Shown here: one piece after another, positions 49,282 to 50,030 of the stretch
Numbering within the stretch: position 1 is the first letter of the stretch
Layout: the number at the start of each line of letters is the position of its first letter
Assembly: GCA_002633005.1 (NCBI GenBank)
Contig: NMRA01000446.1
Location: 125,030 to 175,059, forward strand
From: Phoronis australis
Lineage: Eukaryota; Animalia; Phoronida
Direction of reading: 5' to 3'
Length of the DNA: 50,030 bases
Position numbers and translations under genes: made by a program
Notes under the pieces: generated by a model
What the model was told of the DNA's origin: nothing
What the model saw: the letters and a program-made list of their open reading frames with translations, nothing else
The model's database searches: none

Positions 49282-50030
49282 AGGCGAAGGAAAACCTATT
49301 TTCATGTCATTTTAAGCAAAAGTAGGGTTCATATCCCAGACATATTTTTCACTTATTTACAGCTTTTCGTAATTTAATTAATTATTCGTCGTCTACTCCG
49401 GAAGTGACGTTTTGGGAGGCAAGAATTTCGCGCCAATTTCTTTTCATACAGTCTGACTGTGAGAGCAGTCGAGTCAGTCATTGTTCTACCTCGGTTGTGA
49501 TAATTTCGGTCGTCGTTTGCTTTTGTTTACGAGTCAGTCAACATGCCACGCTGTTGCTGCCTACCGAGATGTACTCATTATCGTCTCACGTACAGAGGAA
49601 GCGAACTGTCCCACTTGCCCGAGTGTCCCGCGACACACTCCCAGTGGATGGTGACTTGTGCACCCAAACTGCTTACATCCCGCCGTGCGACTCCCTCGTC
49701 ACACACGTGGCACCTTCTAAATAGCTCCAATAAGTTTACAATAAACTTATCAAACTTAGGCTCACCGATCTGTTGGCATTGGATGAGGAACTGTCTTTTT
49801 CACTGGGTATCAAACTGGGCCTGTATTCACTCCCACTACTCAACATCGCTGCAGGGCTGCTTACAGGCTCTGGGCTAGAGACAACAGCACACGGGGAATC
49901 ACTGCTAGTTCTTGGAATTGCACGCTATGGGTTACGTTCGGAGGCATAGGTGACAGTAGATGAAGTGCCTCCAGTCACTGTTTATAGTGGCCACAGCTTT
50001 CGAGGCTTCTCGCTTCAAAACGCACTTCTC
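49282..50030 (+). mobile_element. Left part of a probable Kolobok-type element with THAP-like ORF (runs off window)
   Basis: TTAA|AGGCGAAGGAAAACC start; CCGGAAGTGACGT at 49398-49410; ORF from 49543 MPRCCCLPRC...SHLP...SQW resembles the N-half of THAP (no CxxH found). Right TIR not in window. Confidence 0.5.

Noticed and set aside
46620-50030. PDE8 REC-domain exons
   Set aside because: No splice-bounded segment with recognisable similarity was found by eye; they probably lie beyond the window.

Overview
Animal (bilaterian invertebrate, probably lophotrochozoan; taxon is inference) genomic DNA, not prokaryotic. It holds a two-exon NUDT2/Ap4A hydrolase gene (+, 765-5916). Converging on it are the 3' 14 coding exons of a PDE8-family cAMP phosphodiesterase (-, 46615-17202; PAS plus catalytic domain, 5' exons not found in the window). 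A possible CEP20-like first exon sits head-to-head at the left edge. Introns and intergenic DNA are packed with non-autonomous DNA transposons. Most notable are: (1) three TA-flanked, CCGTA-type pogo/mariner-like elements from two subfamilies, each carrying a decayed stand-alone HIRAN-domain gene and no visible transposase; (2) two Helentron-like (HINE) copies carrying arrays of about 8 CTCF-consensus motifs at roughly 140-160 bp spacing; (3) Kolobok- and ISL2EU-like elements with THAP relics; and (4) a candidate RFX (X-box) internal promoter with a 4-codon alternative first exon and a 27-nt microexon in PDE8. All calls were made by eye; no database searches were run.
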